Assembly: GCF_044704955.1 (NCBI RefSeq)
Contig: NC_091987.1
Span: 68,758,001-68,822,000 of the forward strand
Length of the DNA stretch: 64,000 nucleotides
Direction of reading: 5' to 3'
From: Pristiophorus japonicus
Taxonomy: Eukaryota
The stretch's first letter is position 1. Each line of letters begins with the position of its first letter. The notes under the pieces were generated by a model, which saw nothing but the letters and a program-made list of their open reading frames with translations, did not search any database and was not told the origin of the DNA. The translations under genes and the position numbers were made by a program. This document shows positions 38,286 through 51,390 of this stretch, one piece after another.

Positions 38286-39511
38286 AGTTCTATGGTAATT
38301 TAGAAATGTTTATAAACCTAATGGGGATGATGCCTATAAATGTTCTCTTCCCTTTCTTTTTATGTCCCCCTCAACAAAAGGTTCATATATTTGCATATTT
38401 CACCTATAATTTTTCAATGTGCAGCAATAGAAATACAGAAGCAGTTTTCCTTTATACTTTTTAATTTCCCTCCTTTGTTCATTCCAATTTATTTTTCCAT
38501 CATTATCTGTAATTCCAAACAAACAATTAATTTATCTAAATCTATTCACCATGACAGAAGACTAGCTTTTGTTTAAGAAATGAGGCATAAAATTGAGTAT
38601 TCTATGTAGAGAATGTGTGGTAAATTGGACTGGCTGTACTGTATTCTAGATATCCATAAGGATGTACTGGTAGGAACTGCAAGCAGAGATGATGTTGTAG
38701 TGAGAAGATTAAAGGCATTGTTTTTTTTAAATTGCGAATATTTGATCCTCCTTATACTTCAAAATTATTTGAAGGATGTTTCAGCAGTCCTTGGAGGGAA
38801 AGCATTTATGCTAGATGAACAGCACTGATATTTATTAGACGAGCATCAGTGTATTGCGGTAACATGTTATCCATTAATGTGTGCCTGATTCAGCTCCATT
38901 AATCAATATGTATAGTAGATTCATTGTACTACTCCAGAGTCTGTGAGTGCCACATAGAGCTCTCTAAATCCATTTGGCTGGGAACTGTCGTCTGTGCAGT
39001 TTCAGTCTCCTTGTTTTAATTGCCAGCTCATGCAATGTGTTGTACAACATTGGGGAATGTACCTAGCACTCAGTTAGTTTAAAGTGGATGATGTGCAGCG
39101 GCATATCAGTGTAATGTAATGTTCTTTTTTCAAGAATCAGCATACTTTTTTTTTTAAAGCATGCTTGGAGCAGCTACTTTTTGTCATTGTGAAACTTTTT
39201 AGATCCTAGGTCCAGGCTGGGGTGTCTCGAGGCACAATGGGCCCAAAAACCCGTGGGCCCAACAACCCAGCGCAAGTGCCACAATTCACCTGTCTGTGAC
39301 CTCTGCCCACCAGATCCCACCAAAGTTCATGGGAGTCAGGGTCATTTAATTAAAACAATTGCCCAAGGCAGTCTTGCTACTAAGATCACATGCCACCATA
39401 GGGAAGTAGGTGATAATTGCAGTTTGTGTGTCCAGGTCCAGCGGGAAAGATGCCTTATGTGGGCCCATCGACAGCCTTTAGAAAGGGAAGCTAAAATTGT
39501 TTTCAGGGGAC

Positions 39512-41670
39512 CATAGAAACATAGAAAATAGGTGCAGGAACAGGCCATTCGGCCCTTCGAGCCTGCACCACCATTCAATATGATCATGGCTGATCATGCA
39601 ACTTCAGTACAGCATTCCTGCTTTCTCCCCATACTCCTCGATCCCTTTAGCCGTAAGGGCCACATCTAACTCCCTTTTGAATATATCTAACGAACTGGCC
39701 TCAACAACTTTCTGTGGTAAAGAATTCCACAGGTTCACAATTCTCTGAGTGAAGAAGTTTCTCCTCATCTCGGCTCTAAATGGCTTATCCCATATCCTTA
39801 GATTGTGACCCCTGGTTCTGGACTTCCCCAACATCGGGAACATTCTTCCTGCATCTAATCTGTCCAATCCCGTCAGAATTTTATATGTTTCTATGAGATC
39901 CCCTCTCATTCTTCTAAATTCCAGTGAATATAAGCCTAGTTGATCGAGTCTTTCTTCATATGTCAGTCCTGCCATCCCGGGAATAAGTCTGGTGAACCTT
40001 CGCAGCACTCCCTCAATAGCAAGAATGTCCTTCCTCAGATTAGGAGACCAAAACTGTACACAATATTCAAGGTGTGGCCTCACCAAGGCCCTGCACAACT
40101 GCAGTAAGACTCCCCTGCTCCTATAATCAAATCCTCTCGCTCTGAAGGCCAACATATCATTTGCCTTCTTCACCGCCTGCTGTACCTGCATGCCAACTTG
40201 CAATGCCTGATGTACCATGACACCCAGGTCTGATTGTACCTCGCCTTTTCCTAATCTGTCACCATTCAGATAATATTCTGCCTTCCTGTTTTTGCCACCA
40301 AAGTGGATAATCTCACATTTATCTACATTATACTGCATCTGCCATGCATTTGCCCACTCACCTAACCTGTCCAAGTCACCCTGCAGCCTCTTAGCATCCT
40401 CCTCACAGCTCACACTGCCACCCAGCTTAGTGTCATCTGCAAACTTAGAGATATTACATTCAATTCCTTTGTCTAAATCATTAATGTATATTGTAAATAG
40501 CTGGAGTCCCAGCACTGAACCTTGCGGTACCCAACTAGTCACCGCCTGCCATTCTGAAAAGGACCCGTTTATTCCTACTCTTTGCTTCCTGTTTGCCAAC
40601 CAGTTCTCTCTCCACGTCAATACATTACCCCCAATATGATGTGCTTTGATTTTGCACACTAATCTCTTGTGTGGGACCTTGTCAAAAGCCTATTGAAAGT
40701 CGAAATATACCACATCCACTGGCTGTCCCTTGCCCACTCTACTAGTTACATCCTCAAAAAATTCTAGAAGATTTGTCAAGCATGATTTCCCTTTCATAAA
40801 TCCATGCTGACTTGGACCGATCCTGTCGCTGCTTTCCAAATGCGTTGCTATTACATCTTTAATAACCGATTCCAACATTTTCCCCACTATCAATGTCAGG
40901 CTAACCGGTTTATAATTCCCCGCTTTCTCTCACCCTCCTTTTTTAAAAAGTGGGGTTACATTAGCTACCTTCCAGTCGATAGGAACTGATCCAGAGTCTA
41001 TAGAATGTTGGAAAATGACCACCAATGCATCCACTATTTCTAGGGCTACTTCCTTTAGTACTCTGGGATGCAGACTATCAGGCCCTGGGGATTTATCAGC
41101 CTTTAATCCCATCAATTTCCCTAACACAATTTCCTGACTAATAAGGACTTCCTTCAGTTCCTCCTCCTTGCTAGACCCTCGGTTCCCTAGTATTTCTGAA
41201 GGTTATTTTAGTTTTCCTTAGTGAAGACAGAACCAAAAGTATTTGTTCAATTAGTCTGCCATTTCTTTGTTCCCCATTATAAATTCACCTGATTCTGACT
41301 GCAAGGGACCTACATTTGTCTTCACTAATCTTTTTCTCTTCGCATATCTATAGAAGCTTTTGAAGTCAGTTTTTATGTTCCCTGCAAGCTTACTCTCATA
41401 CTCTATTTTCCCCTTCCTAGTTAAACCCTTGTCCTCCTCTGCTGAATTCTAAATTTCTCCCAGTCCTCAGGTTTGCTGCTTTTTCTGGCCAATTTATATG
41501 CCTCTTTCTTGGATTTAACACTATCGCTAATTTCCCTTGTTAGCCACGGTTGAGCCACCTTCCCCGTTTTATTTTTACGCCAGACAGGGATGTACAATTG
41601 TTGAATTTCACCCATGTGATCTTTAAATGTCTGCCATTGCCTATCCACCGTCAACCCTTTAAGTATCATT
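39512..41670 (-). mobile_element. 5'-truncated CR1 LINE
   Basis: 351-aa RT C-terminal ORF at 39604-40659; catagaaacatagaaa tail; same subfamily as 33050-36774. Confidence 0.95.
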
Positions 41671-42010
41671 AAGTACCAGGCCATGACACAGGCCTAGATC
41701 CCCAGGTGAGCACAACTTGTGATATTGGACGAGCTGGAACGCCTGCTCCAAGCCAAGTGTACTGGCCTGCCAATGTTCTCACGAGGCCAGGGACATGTGT
41801 ACTCCTGTATGGGAGTCCCTGTCCCCGACCACTCCCACTCTTACACCGCAAGCCTTGTTGGTGGTGAGCAGAGGCTCTGCCCCCAGAAAGGCTCTGTAGA
41901 AACGGCCATGTCTGGGTCCTGATCCTCAGAGCAGAGTTTGGATCTCGGCCAAAGTTACTGTGGAGTGCGCCCAAACAGTCATGGATTTTTGGCACCAATG
42001 TTTGCAAAAG
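41671..42010 (-). mobile_element. Possible decayed Tx1/L1-clade fragment, continuing at ~39200-39510
   Basis: Weak patches PLLTTNK, GLPYRS, and WWHVILVARLPW on the other side of the CR1. Confidence 0.3.
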
Positions 42011-42787
42011 CTTCCTAGACCGGCACCATTATTTCTGCAATATAATTTTCAACATATAGTATATATACTGCAAGGAAACTATTGTTTTTAAAACAATACT
42101 TTATTCCACAAGAACCAGTTTACAAAGGAGAATAGTTTCATTACATAGCAACTTTTCATGTTACGAAGCAATCTGAGGAACTTGCAGTCCGCACGTTATT
42201 TTTAAATTACCAGCAGGAGTAACATTACAATTGACATGTTAATGTGTGAGTGCTTTGATTAAATATTAATGTAGTATACATTTGCAAAATAAAGATGCAA
42301 ACACAGCACCTATACAGCAGCTTTTTGTATATAATACCATTGATGACCTCAGTGAATCAAAGCAGAAGCATGAGTGCAATGAACATTAAAAGCAGGAACA
42401 GGGGGACTTCTTTTTTCTTTTGCTCAGCCTATGTTTCATATTTATCTCTGTTGCTGGCCAGATGAAGTCACACTAAAGCTCAGTATATTTTAAACTGTCT
42501 AGCTCACTACTGAATAATGTCCTGAATTCTTCCACAGGCAAAACAGTTATTCATATGATTCACACTCCTCACAATTAGTTCATTGATTGAGGGAAAAGAT
42601 ACACAATGTAATCCTTGTAGTGGTGTGGCTAAGCTACCTGCTTTGTAGGCCTGTGGTTATGAATTTAAGTCATGACACTGTCTGATGACTTCTGTAACCA
42701 CAGTCATGAAGAGCTTTATTTGAAGTTGACTAGTCTGCTACATGGGTTATCTCACTGCTGCTCTGTAGCAGACAGTGGGAGGAGAGT

Positions 42788-45726
42788 AAAGAAAGAAGAA
42801 AGAAAGACTTACATTTATATAGCGTCTTTCACGATCACTGGATGTCTCAAGGTGCTTACATAAGAACATAAGAAATAAGCCACCTGGCCCCTCAAGCCTG
42901 CTCCACCATTTAATAAGATTATGGCTGATCTGATCATGAACTCAGCTCCACTTCCCTGTCCGCTCTCCATAACCCTTTATTCCCTTATCGCTCAAAAATC
43001 TGTCTATCTCCACCTTAAATATATTCAATGGCCCAGCCTCCACAGCTCTCAGGGGCAGAGAATTCCATAGATTTACAACCCTCTGAGAAGAAATTCCTCC
43101 TCATCTCAGTTTTAAATGGGCAGCCTCTTATTCTGAGATTATGTCCCCTCGTTTTAGTTTCCTTTATGAGTGGAAATATCCTCTCTGCATCCACCTTGTC
43201 GAGCCCCCTCATTATCTTATATGTTTTGATAAGATCACATCTCATTCTTCTGAACTCCAATATTTATAGGCCCAATTTACTCAACCTATCTTCATAAGTC
43301 AACCCCATCATCTCCGGAATCAACCTTATGAACCTTCTCTGAACAGCCTCCAATGAAAGTATATCCTTCCTTAAATACGGAGACCAAAACTGTACACAAT
43401 ACTCGAGGTGTGGCCTCACCAATACCCTGTACAGTTGCAGCAGGACTTCTCTGCTTTTATACTCCATTCCCCTTGCAATAAAGGCCAACATTTCATTTGC
43501 CTTCCTGATTACTTGCTGTACCCGCAAACTAACTTTTTGTGTTTCATGCACAAGGACACCCAGGTCCCTCTGTACTGCAGCACTTTGCAATTTTTCTCCA
43601 TTTAAATTATAATTTGCTTTTCTGTTTTTTCTGCCAAAGTGGATAACCTCACATTTTTCCACATTATACTCCATCTGCCAAATTTTTGTCCACTCACTTA
43701 GCCTGTCTATATCCCTTTGCAGATTTTTTGTGTCCTCCTCACAATTTGCTTTCCTACCCATCTTTGTATCATTAGCAAACTTGGCTGCATTACACTTGGT
43801 CCCTTCATCCAAGTCATTCATATAGATTGTAAATAATTAAGGACCCAGCACCGATCCCTGCGGCATCCCACTAGTCATTGTTTGCCAACCGGAAAATGAC
43901 CCATTTATCCCGACTATCTGTTTTCTGTTAGTTAGCCAATCCCCTATCCTTGCTAATATATTACCCCCAACCCCGTGAACTTTTATCTTGTGCAATAACC
44001 TTTTATGTGGCACCTTATTGAATGCCTTCTGAAAATCCAAATACACCACATCCAGTGGTTCCCCCTTATCCACTATGCTTGTTACATCCTCAAGAACTCT
44101 AGCAAATTTGTCAAACGTGATTTCCCTTCATAAAACCATGCTGACTCTGCTTGATTGAATTATGCTTTTCCAAATGTCCCGCTACTGCTTCCTTAATAAT
44201 GGACTCCAGCATTTTCGCAACGACAGATGTTAGACTAACTGGTCTATAGTTTCATGCTTTTTGTCTGCCTCCTTTTTTAAATAGGGGCGTTATATTTGCG
44301 GTTTTCCAATCTGCTGGGACCTCCCCAGAATCCAGGGAATTTTGGTAGATTACATCCAATGCATCCACTATCTCTGCAACCACTTCTTTTAAGACCCTAG
44401 GATGCAAGCCATCAGGTCCAGTGGACTTGTCTGCCTTTAGTCCCATTATTTTACCGAGTACTACTTCTTTAGTGATAGTATTAAGTTTCTCCCTCCCTAT
44501 TGCCTCTTGATTATCCACTGTTGGGATGTTTTTAGTGTTTTCTACCCGGAAGACCGATACAAAATATTTGTTCAATGTCTCTGCTATTTCCCTGTACTCC
44601 ATTATTAATTCCCCAGTCTCATCCTCTAGGGGACCAACATTTACTTTAGCCACTCTTTTCCTTTTTGTGTACCTGTAGAAACTCTTACTATCTGTTTTTA
44701 TATTTTGTGCTAGTTTACTTTCATAGTCTATCTTTCCTTTCTATCATTTTTTTAGTCGTTCTTTGCTGGCTTTCAAGTTTCCCAATCCTCTGGCTTCCCA
44801 CTAGTCTTGACCACATTGTACGCCTTTGTTTTCAATTTGATATACTCCATTATTTCCTTAGTTAGCCATGATGGTTATCCCTTCTCTTACAGTCTTTCCT
44901 TCTCATTGGGATATATTTTTGTTGCGAGTTATGAAATATCTCCTTCCATACTTTAATCTATTTTCCCAGTCCACTTTAGCTAACACTGCCCTGATACCTT
45001 TGTAGTCCCCTTTACCTAAGCTTAGGACACTTGGTTTGAGAACCAACTTTCTCACCCTCCAACTGAATTTGAAATTCAACATGTTATGGTCACTCATTCT
45101 TAGAGGATACTTTACTACGAGATCATTTATTAATCCTGTCTTATTACACAGTACCAGATCTAAGATAGCCTGCTCCCTGGTTGGTTCCGCAATGTACTGT
45201 TCAAGAAAACTATCCCGGATACACTCTATGAACTCTTCCTCAAGACTACCCTGGCCAATTTGCTTTGTCCAATCAATATGAAGGTTGAAATCGCCCATGA
45301 TTAGTGCCATTTCTTTATTACAGCCAATGAATTACTTTTGGAGTGTAGTCACTGTTGTAATGTGGGAAACGCGGCAGTCAATTTATGCTCAAGCAAGCTC
45401 CCACAAACAGCAATGTGATAATGACCAGATAATCTGATTTTTTGTTATGTTGATTGAGGGATAAATATTGGCCAGGACACTGGGGATAACTCCCCTGCTC
45501 CTCTTCAAAATAGTGCCATAGGATCTTTTACATCCACTTGATAAACTGAGGCCCTGTCTGCTCTAACGTTTCATTTGAAAGACGGCACCTCCGACAGTGC
45601 AGCACTCCGTCAGCATTGCACTGGAGTGTCAGCCTAGATTTTTTTTGTACTCGTTCCTGGAGTGGGATTTACACACATAACCTTCTGACTCAGGCAAGAG
45701 TGCTACCAACTGAGCCACAGCTGACA
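42788..45726 (-). mobile_element. DeuSINE split by CR1 (42788-42860 and 45318-45726)
   Basis: Tail atttatatagcg..gtgcttaca rejoins ttacagccaatgaa..tgagccacagctgaca. Confidence 0.8.
42859..45317 (-). mobile_element. 5'-truncated CR1 LINE
   Basis: MGDFN, SDH, KSTGPDG, YLDFQKAF, KFANDTK; cataagaacataag tail. Confidence 0.95.
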
Positions 45727-45932
45727 CAGAAGAGGTAGAGGAGAGATTAGTGTCTTGCTTGGGAGTAAATTGTCTCAGCACAGACTGTGGTGAAGTGCTT
45801 GCTCCAGCTGCAGAATATATTATGATGGCGAGAGTGCCTGAGAGAAAAAACGAGGAAAATATTAGCAAGATGTATTTTTAGCTTGTGTTCACCATTGTCC
45901 TGCATGTAACCAGATCATTTCTTTCCTCACAG

Positions 45933-46340
45933 ATAGCAGATTAAAAGTCAACCAAATAAAAAGGAACCTTATAGTAATTGAAAATGACAATATTCATTTA
46001 AACTGTACCATCACAAATCGAACGAGTCCAGACTCGCAATTCTCTGTACAATGGTATGTTCAGAAATCACTGGAGAAAGAGAACAAACTTATCCTGAAAT
46101 CAAACCGTGACTGTGTGTTGGAGTATGGGAACTGGTTAGGAAGAGACAAAAGGAGGGAGAGACTGCAGGCTGCACAACCTTCGCGTGGGCACTACACTTT
46201 GGTCTTACAAAAAGCCGATATTGATGATAGTGGAAAATACTATTGTTACGTGGAGGAGTGGCTGGTGAACCCCAACAATGTCTGGTATAAAGTTGGAGAG
46301 AACATGTCTGGACTGACCACTGTCACAGTCCAGCCTCCAG
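45933..46340 (+). CDS. IGSF3: IGSF3-like exon, Ig domain 6
   Basis: Acceptor tttctttcctcacag, donor CAG|gtattg, 408 nt. Encodes DSRLKV..LNCTITNRTS..QWYVQK..KLILK..DDSGKYYCYVEEWL. The frame extends 5' of the listed ORF. Confidence 0.92.
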
Positions 46341-47311
46341 GTATTGAATCTATCTTTGTTTCTTTCATGTATAGAATAAACTTTCAATTCTTGCATGCTT
46401 ATGAAGAACTCTCTGTGGAGTGGCGGCAAGCTGCCTCATTAGAAGGAGGGGAGGGTAAATCTGAGCACGAGCCATTGCTGGCTGCTCTCATGTACCTCTC
46501 TTGATAACTGCATTGGCAGAGGGCTATGTCCTCCTTGGTCAGGGAATGGTACAGAAGTTTAAAAAGAGGTATGACTCGTATTGAAAAGTGAACAGAGTGG
46601 GGACTGAACGACTTGCTCTGTGATATCTGATGATCAGTGTCAACCATCTGAACAAAAGCAACTTCTATTTTTTTTAAAACTCAGGACCAAAAGAGAGTGA
46701 TATTTTACAGATTCTCTTCCCTGACAGACCAATCTACCTACCTATATATTAAAGTCTAATTTATTAACATTTTCCAAGGATTCGATGCTCGCATTATATG
46801 CAATGTAAGTGCATTTGTGATATGCTACAAATTCTGCATTCGACCCTGGTGCTGGCTATCATTTCCATGGCTATAAACTAGAAGATGGAACTGATGTGAG
46901 CATTTGCCACTTTTGATTTGTTTGACATTTTGCTGACTGGCTCCATGGAATGATTCAGCTTCAAGGTAAGTGCACGAACATCTTTATTTTATAAGTGTTT
47001 CTTAACTCTTTCCTCCCACAAAGCCAGCAATCTAATGTGTAAACTGGTCATGCTGTATATGACGTTAGTGCTGCAGAGAGGGAGGAGAACAAGGTGGAAA
47101 CACACAAAAGAAACAAACTCACCCTGCTCTTTACTAAGAGCCGTCCCATTACAGCCTCAGCACCAACTCCCCAATAGTTCAGGTGTTAGCGGAAGAGAAT
47201 TATCTGGGCTTCAGTTATTGTCACAGTCACAATTTTCTGGCTCCAGCTGTGTCATAGCTGCAGAATCAAAACCCACTTGCATTGCTTCACCAATGCAAGT
47301 TTCACCAGGAG

Positions 47312-49284
47312 TTATACAAAGTTGCCAGAAAAAGTAGCAAACTTCAGGATTGGGAGCAGTTTAGAATTCAGCAAAAAAGGACCAAGAGATTAATTAAGAG
47401 GGGAAAAATAGAGTATGAGAGTAAACTTACAAGGAACATAAAAACTGACTGCCAAAGTTTCTACAACTATGTAAAAAGAAAAAGATTGGTGAAGACAAAT
47501 GTAGGTCCTTTACAGACAGAAACGGGAGAATTTATAATGGGGAACAAGGAAATGGCAGAATAATTAAATAAATACTTTGGTTCTGTCTTCATGGAAGAGG
47601 ACACAAATAACGTCCCAGAAATGCTAGGGAACCAAGGGTCTAGTGAACAAGAGGAATTAAAGGAAATGATAAGTAGTAAGAAAATAGTGCTGGAGAAACT
47701 AATGGGACTGAAGGCAGATAAATCCCCAGGGCCTGATGATCTGCATCCCAGAGTACTAAAAGAGGTAGCCATGGAATAGTAGATACATTGGTTGTCATGT
47801 TCCAAAATTCTATAGATTATGGAACAGTTCCTGCAGATTAGAGGGTGGCAAATGTAACTTCACTATTTAAAAAAGGAGGGAGAGAGAAAATGGGGAACTA
47901 CAGACCGGTTAGCCTGACATCAGTAGTAGGGAAAATGCTGGAGTCTATTATAAAGGATGTGATAATGGCACATTTAGATAATATCAACAGGATTAAACAA
48001 AGTCAACATGGATTTATGAAAGGAAAATCATGTTTAACAAATCTGTTGGAGTTTTTTGACGATGTAACTGATAGAATAGATAAGGGATAACCAGTGGATG
48101 TAGTGTATTTGGATTTTCAGAAGGCCTTTGATAAAGTCCCACATAAGAGGTTAGTGTGCAAAATTAAAGCACATAGGATTGGGGGTAATGTATTGGCATG
48201 GTTTGAAAATTGGTTAACTGACAGGAAACAGAGAGTAGGAATAAACGGGTCTTTTTCAGTGTGGCGGGCAGTGACTAGTGGGGTACCACATGGTTCAGTG
48301 CTTGGGCCCCAACTATTCACAATATATATACATGATTTGGATGAGGGAACCAAATGTAATATTTCCAAGTTTGCTGACAACACAAAACTAGGTGGGATTG
48401 TGAGTTGTGAGGAGGATACAAAGACGCTGCAAAGCGATTTTAGATATGTTGAGTGAATGGGCAAACACATGGCAGATGCAGTATGACGTGGTTAAATGTG
48501 AAGTTATCCACTTTGGTAGGAAAAACATAAGGACATAGTATTATTTAAATGGTGATGGCTTGGGAAGTGTTGATGTACAAAGGGACCTGGATGTCCTTGT
48601 ACACCAGTCATTGAAAGCAAACATGCAGGTGCAGCAAGCAGTTAGGAAGGCAAATGGTATGTTGGCCTTCATTGCAAGATGATTTGAGTACAGGAGAGCA
48701 AGGATGTCTTACTACAGTTATGCAGGGCCTTGGTGAGACCACACCTGGAGTATTGTGTGCAGTTTTGGTCTTCTTACCCAAGAAAGGATATATTTGCCAT
48801 AGAGGGATTGCAGTGAAGGTTCACCAGACTGATTCCTGGGATGGCAGGATTGTCGTATGAGGAGAGATTGGGTCGACTAGGCCTGTATTCACTAGAGTTT
48901 AGAAGAATGAGAGGGTATTTCATTGCAACATATAACATTCTGACTGGGTTGGATAGACTGGATGCAGGGAGGATGTTTCCCCTGGCTGGGAAGTCTAGAA
49001 CAAGGGGTCACAGTCTCAGGATACGAGGTAGGAAATTTAGGACCGAGATGAGGAGAAATGTTTTCACTCTGAAGGTAGCGAATCTGTGGAATTCTCTACC
49101 ATAGAAGTCACTGAATATATTTAAGAGGGGGATAGATAGATTTCTAGAAACAAAAGGCATCAAGTGATATGGGGAAAAAGCGGGAATATGGTGTTGAGAT
49201 AGAGGATCAGCCATGATCATATTGAATGGCGGTGCAGACTCGAATGGTCGAATGGCCTACTACTGCTCCTATGTTTCTATGTTT
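47312..49284 (+). mobile_element. 5'-truncated CR1 LINE
   Basis: KSPGPD, NYRPVSL, YLDFQKAFDKV, LWNSLP; ctatgtttctatg tail. Confidence 0.95.
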
Positions 49285-50119
49285 TTAAACTGAGAAAGTT
49301 GAACATCAATTCCCTCTGGCATGTTATTGGCTCCAACTCCAACCACTTCTGCTTCGTGCTCTGCAAAGCAGAACAAGTGCCGTTCTTATTCTATGTAGCC
49401 TTGCACTGCTCATTGACAGAACCCAAAGTTTACAAGGATTTCTGGAAAAAGAAATCAAACAACTTTTTTCCCCAGACTCCATAAAGCAAAAAAGACCAAT
49501 TTCTTTAGAGTAAGGGTTTCGCTGCCAGTGTCCCACACTCTTCAACTGGTTTTCCAGTTATTTCACTGAGAGATCAAGAAACAGAGATAAACTAATTAAA
49601 TAAACAGTTATGCTACAGCACATCTACTAATTTATTCAGAAGCATTCTAGTTCACAACAATAAATATAAGGGGCGTCTGAAGTCTACACTGGGTGCACCC
49701 TGATCCTGGAAGTCACTGAATAAGGAGGTGTACCAAGTGTTTAACTGAAGGATTAACAAATTAGCATTTACAAAGGTCACAGTGAGGGTCATTAATCCGA
49801 TTCTCAATTATGAATTAATGCATTTGAACTGCATGTTTGCATTCTAAAATGTAAATGCACCATAGTTATAATCTATTTAATAAAGCAGGATGTCATGGAA
49901 ATCAATAGAAGATCATTTGCCTGGGTTCGCAAACTGGCAACCCATATTTTGATGCTCGAAAGAGACGATATTGGGAAGACTGTTCATATTCTCAGTCACG
50001 TACATGTGTCAGTATTCACATCCTTTGAAAAGAAAATCAAAGTGTAAAGGCTCAATTGATAAAAGCAACTTGAAATTGAACCAAAAAGGTCCCTGTTTAA
50101 TCCTTGATCTCTCCTCTGT

Positions 50120-51390
50120 CATAAGAACATAAGAACATAAGAATTAGGAACAGGAGTAGGCCATCTAGCCCCTCGAGCCTGCTCCGCCATTCAACAAGAT
50201 CATGGCTGATCTGGCCGTGGACTCAGCTCCACTTACCCGCCCGCTCCCCGTAACCCTTAATTCCCTTATTGGTTAAAAATCTATCTATCTGTGACTTGAA
50301 TACATTCAATGAGCTAGCCTCAACTCTTCCTTGGGCAGAGAATTCCACAGATTCACAACCCTCTGGGAGAAGAAATTCCTTCTCAACTCGGTTTTAAATT
50401 GGCTCCCCCGTATTTTGAGGCTGTGCCCCCTAGTTCTAGTCTCCCCTACCAGTGGAAACAACCTCTCTGCCTCGATCTTGTCTATCCCTTTCATTATTTT
50501 AAATGTTTCTATAAGATCACCCCTCATCCTTCTGAACTCCAACGAGTAAAGACCCAGTCTACTCAATCTATCATCATAAGGTAACCCCCTCATCTCCAGA
50601 ATCAGCCTAGTGAATCGTCTCTGTACGCCCTCCAGAGCCAGTATATCCTTCCTTAAGTAAGGTGACCAAAACTGCACGCAGTACTCCAGGTGTGGCCTCA
50701 CCAATACCCTATACAGTTGCAGAAGGACATCCCTGCTTTTGTACTCCATCCCTCTCGCAATGAAGGCCAACATTCCATTCATCTTTCTGATTACCTGCTG
50801 CACCTGCAAACTAACTTTTTGGGATTCATGCACAAGGACCCCCAAGTCCCTCTGCACCGCAGCATGTTGTAATTTCTCCCCATTCAAATAATATTCCCTT
50901 TTACTGTTTTTTTTCCCAAGGTGGATGACCTCACACTTTCTGACATTGTATTCCATCTGTCAAACCTTAGCCCATTCGCTTAACCTATCCAAATCTCTTT
51001 GCAGCCTCTCTGTGTCCTCTACACAACCCGCTTTCCCACTAATCTTTGTGTCATATTCAAATTTTGTTACACTACACTCTGTTCCCTCTTCCAGGTCATC
51101 TATGTATATTGTAAACAGTTGTGGTCCCAGCACTGATCCCTGTGGCACACCACTAACCACCGATTTCCAACCCGAAAAGGATCCATTTATCCCGACTCTC
51201 TGCTTTCTGTTCGCCAGCCAATTCTCTATCCATGCTAATACATTTCCTCTGACTCCGCATACCTCTATCTTCTGCAGTAACCTTTTGTGTGGCACCTTAT
51301 CGAATGCCTTTTGGAAATCTAAATACACCACATCCATCGGTACACCTCTATCCACCATGCTCGTTATATCCTCAAAGAATTCCAGTCAAT
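50120..51390 (-). mobile_element. 5'-truncated CR1 LINE
   Basis: ORFs 50960-51358 and 50306-50956; (ataagaac)n tail. Confidence 0.95.

Noticed and set aside
39604-40659. 351-aa RT ORF as a domesticated gene
   Set aside because: Ordinary 5'-truncated CR1 with upstream stops and frameshifts.
18740-45932. Hidden extra Ig exon in the 27 kb intron
   Set aside because: No C..W..DxGxYxC pattern in the ORF track or by eye; a profile search would be needed to exclude it fully.
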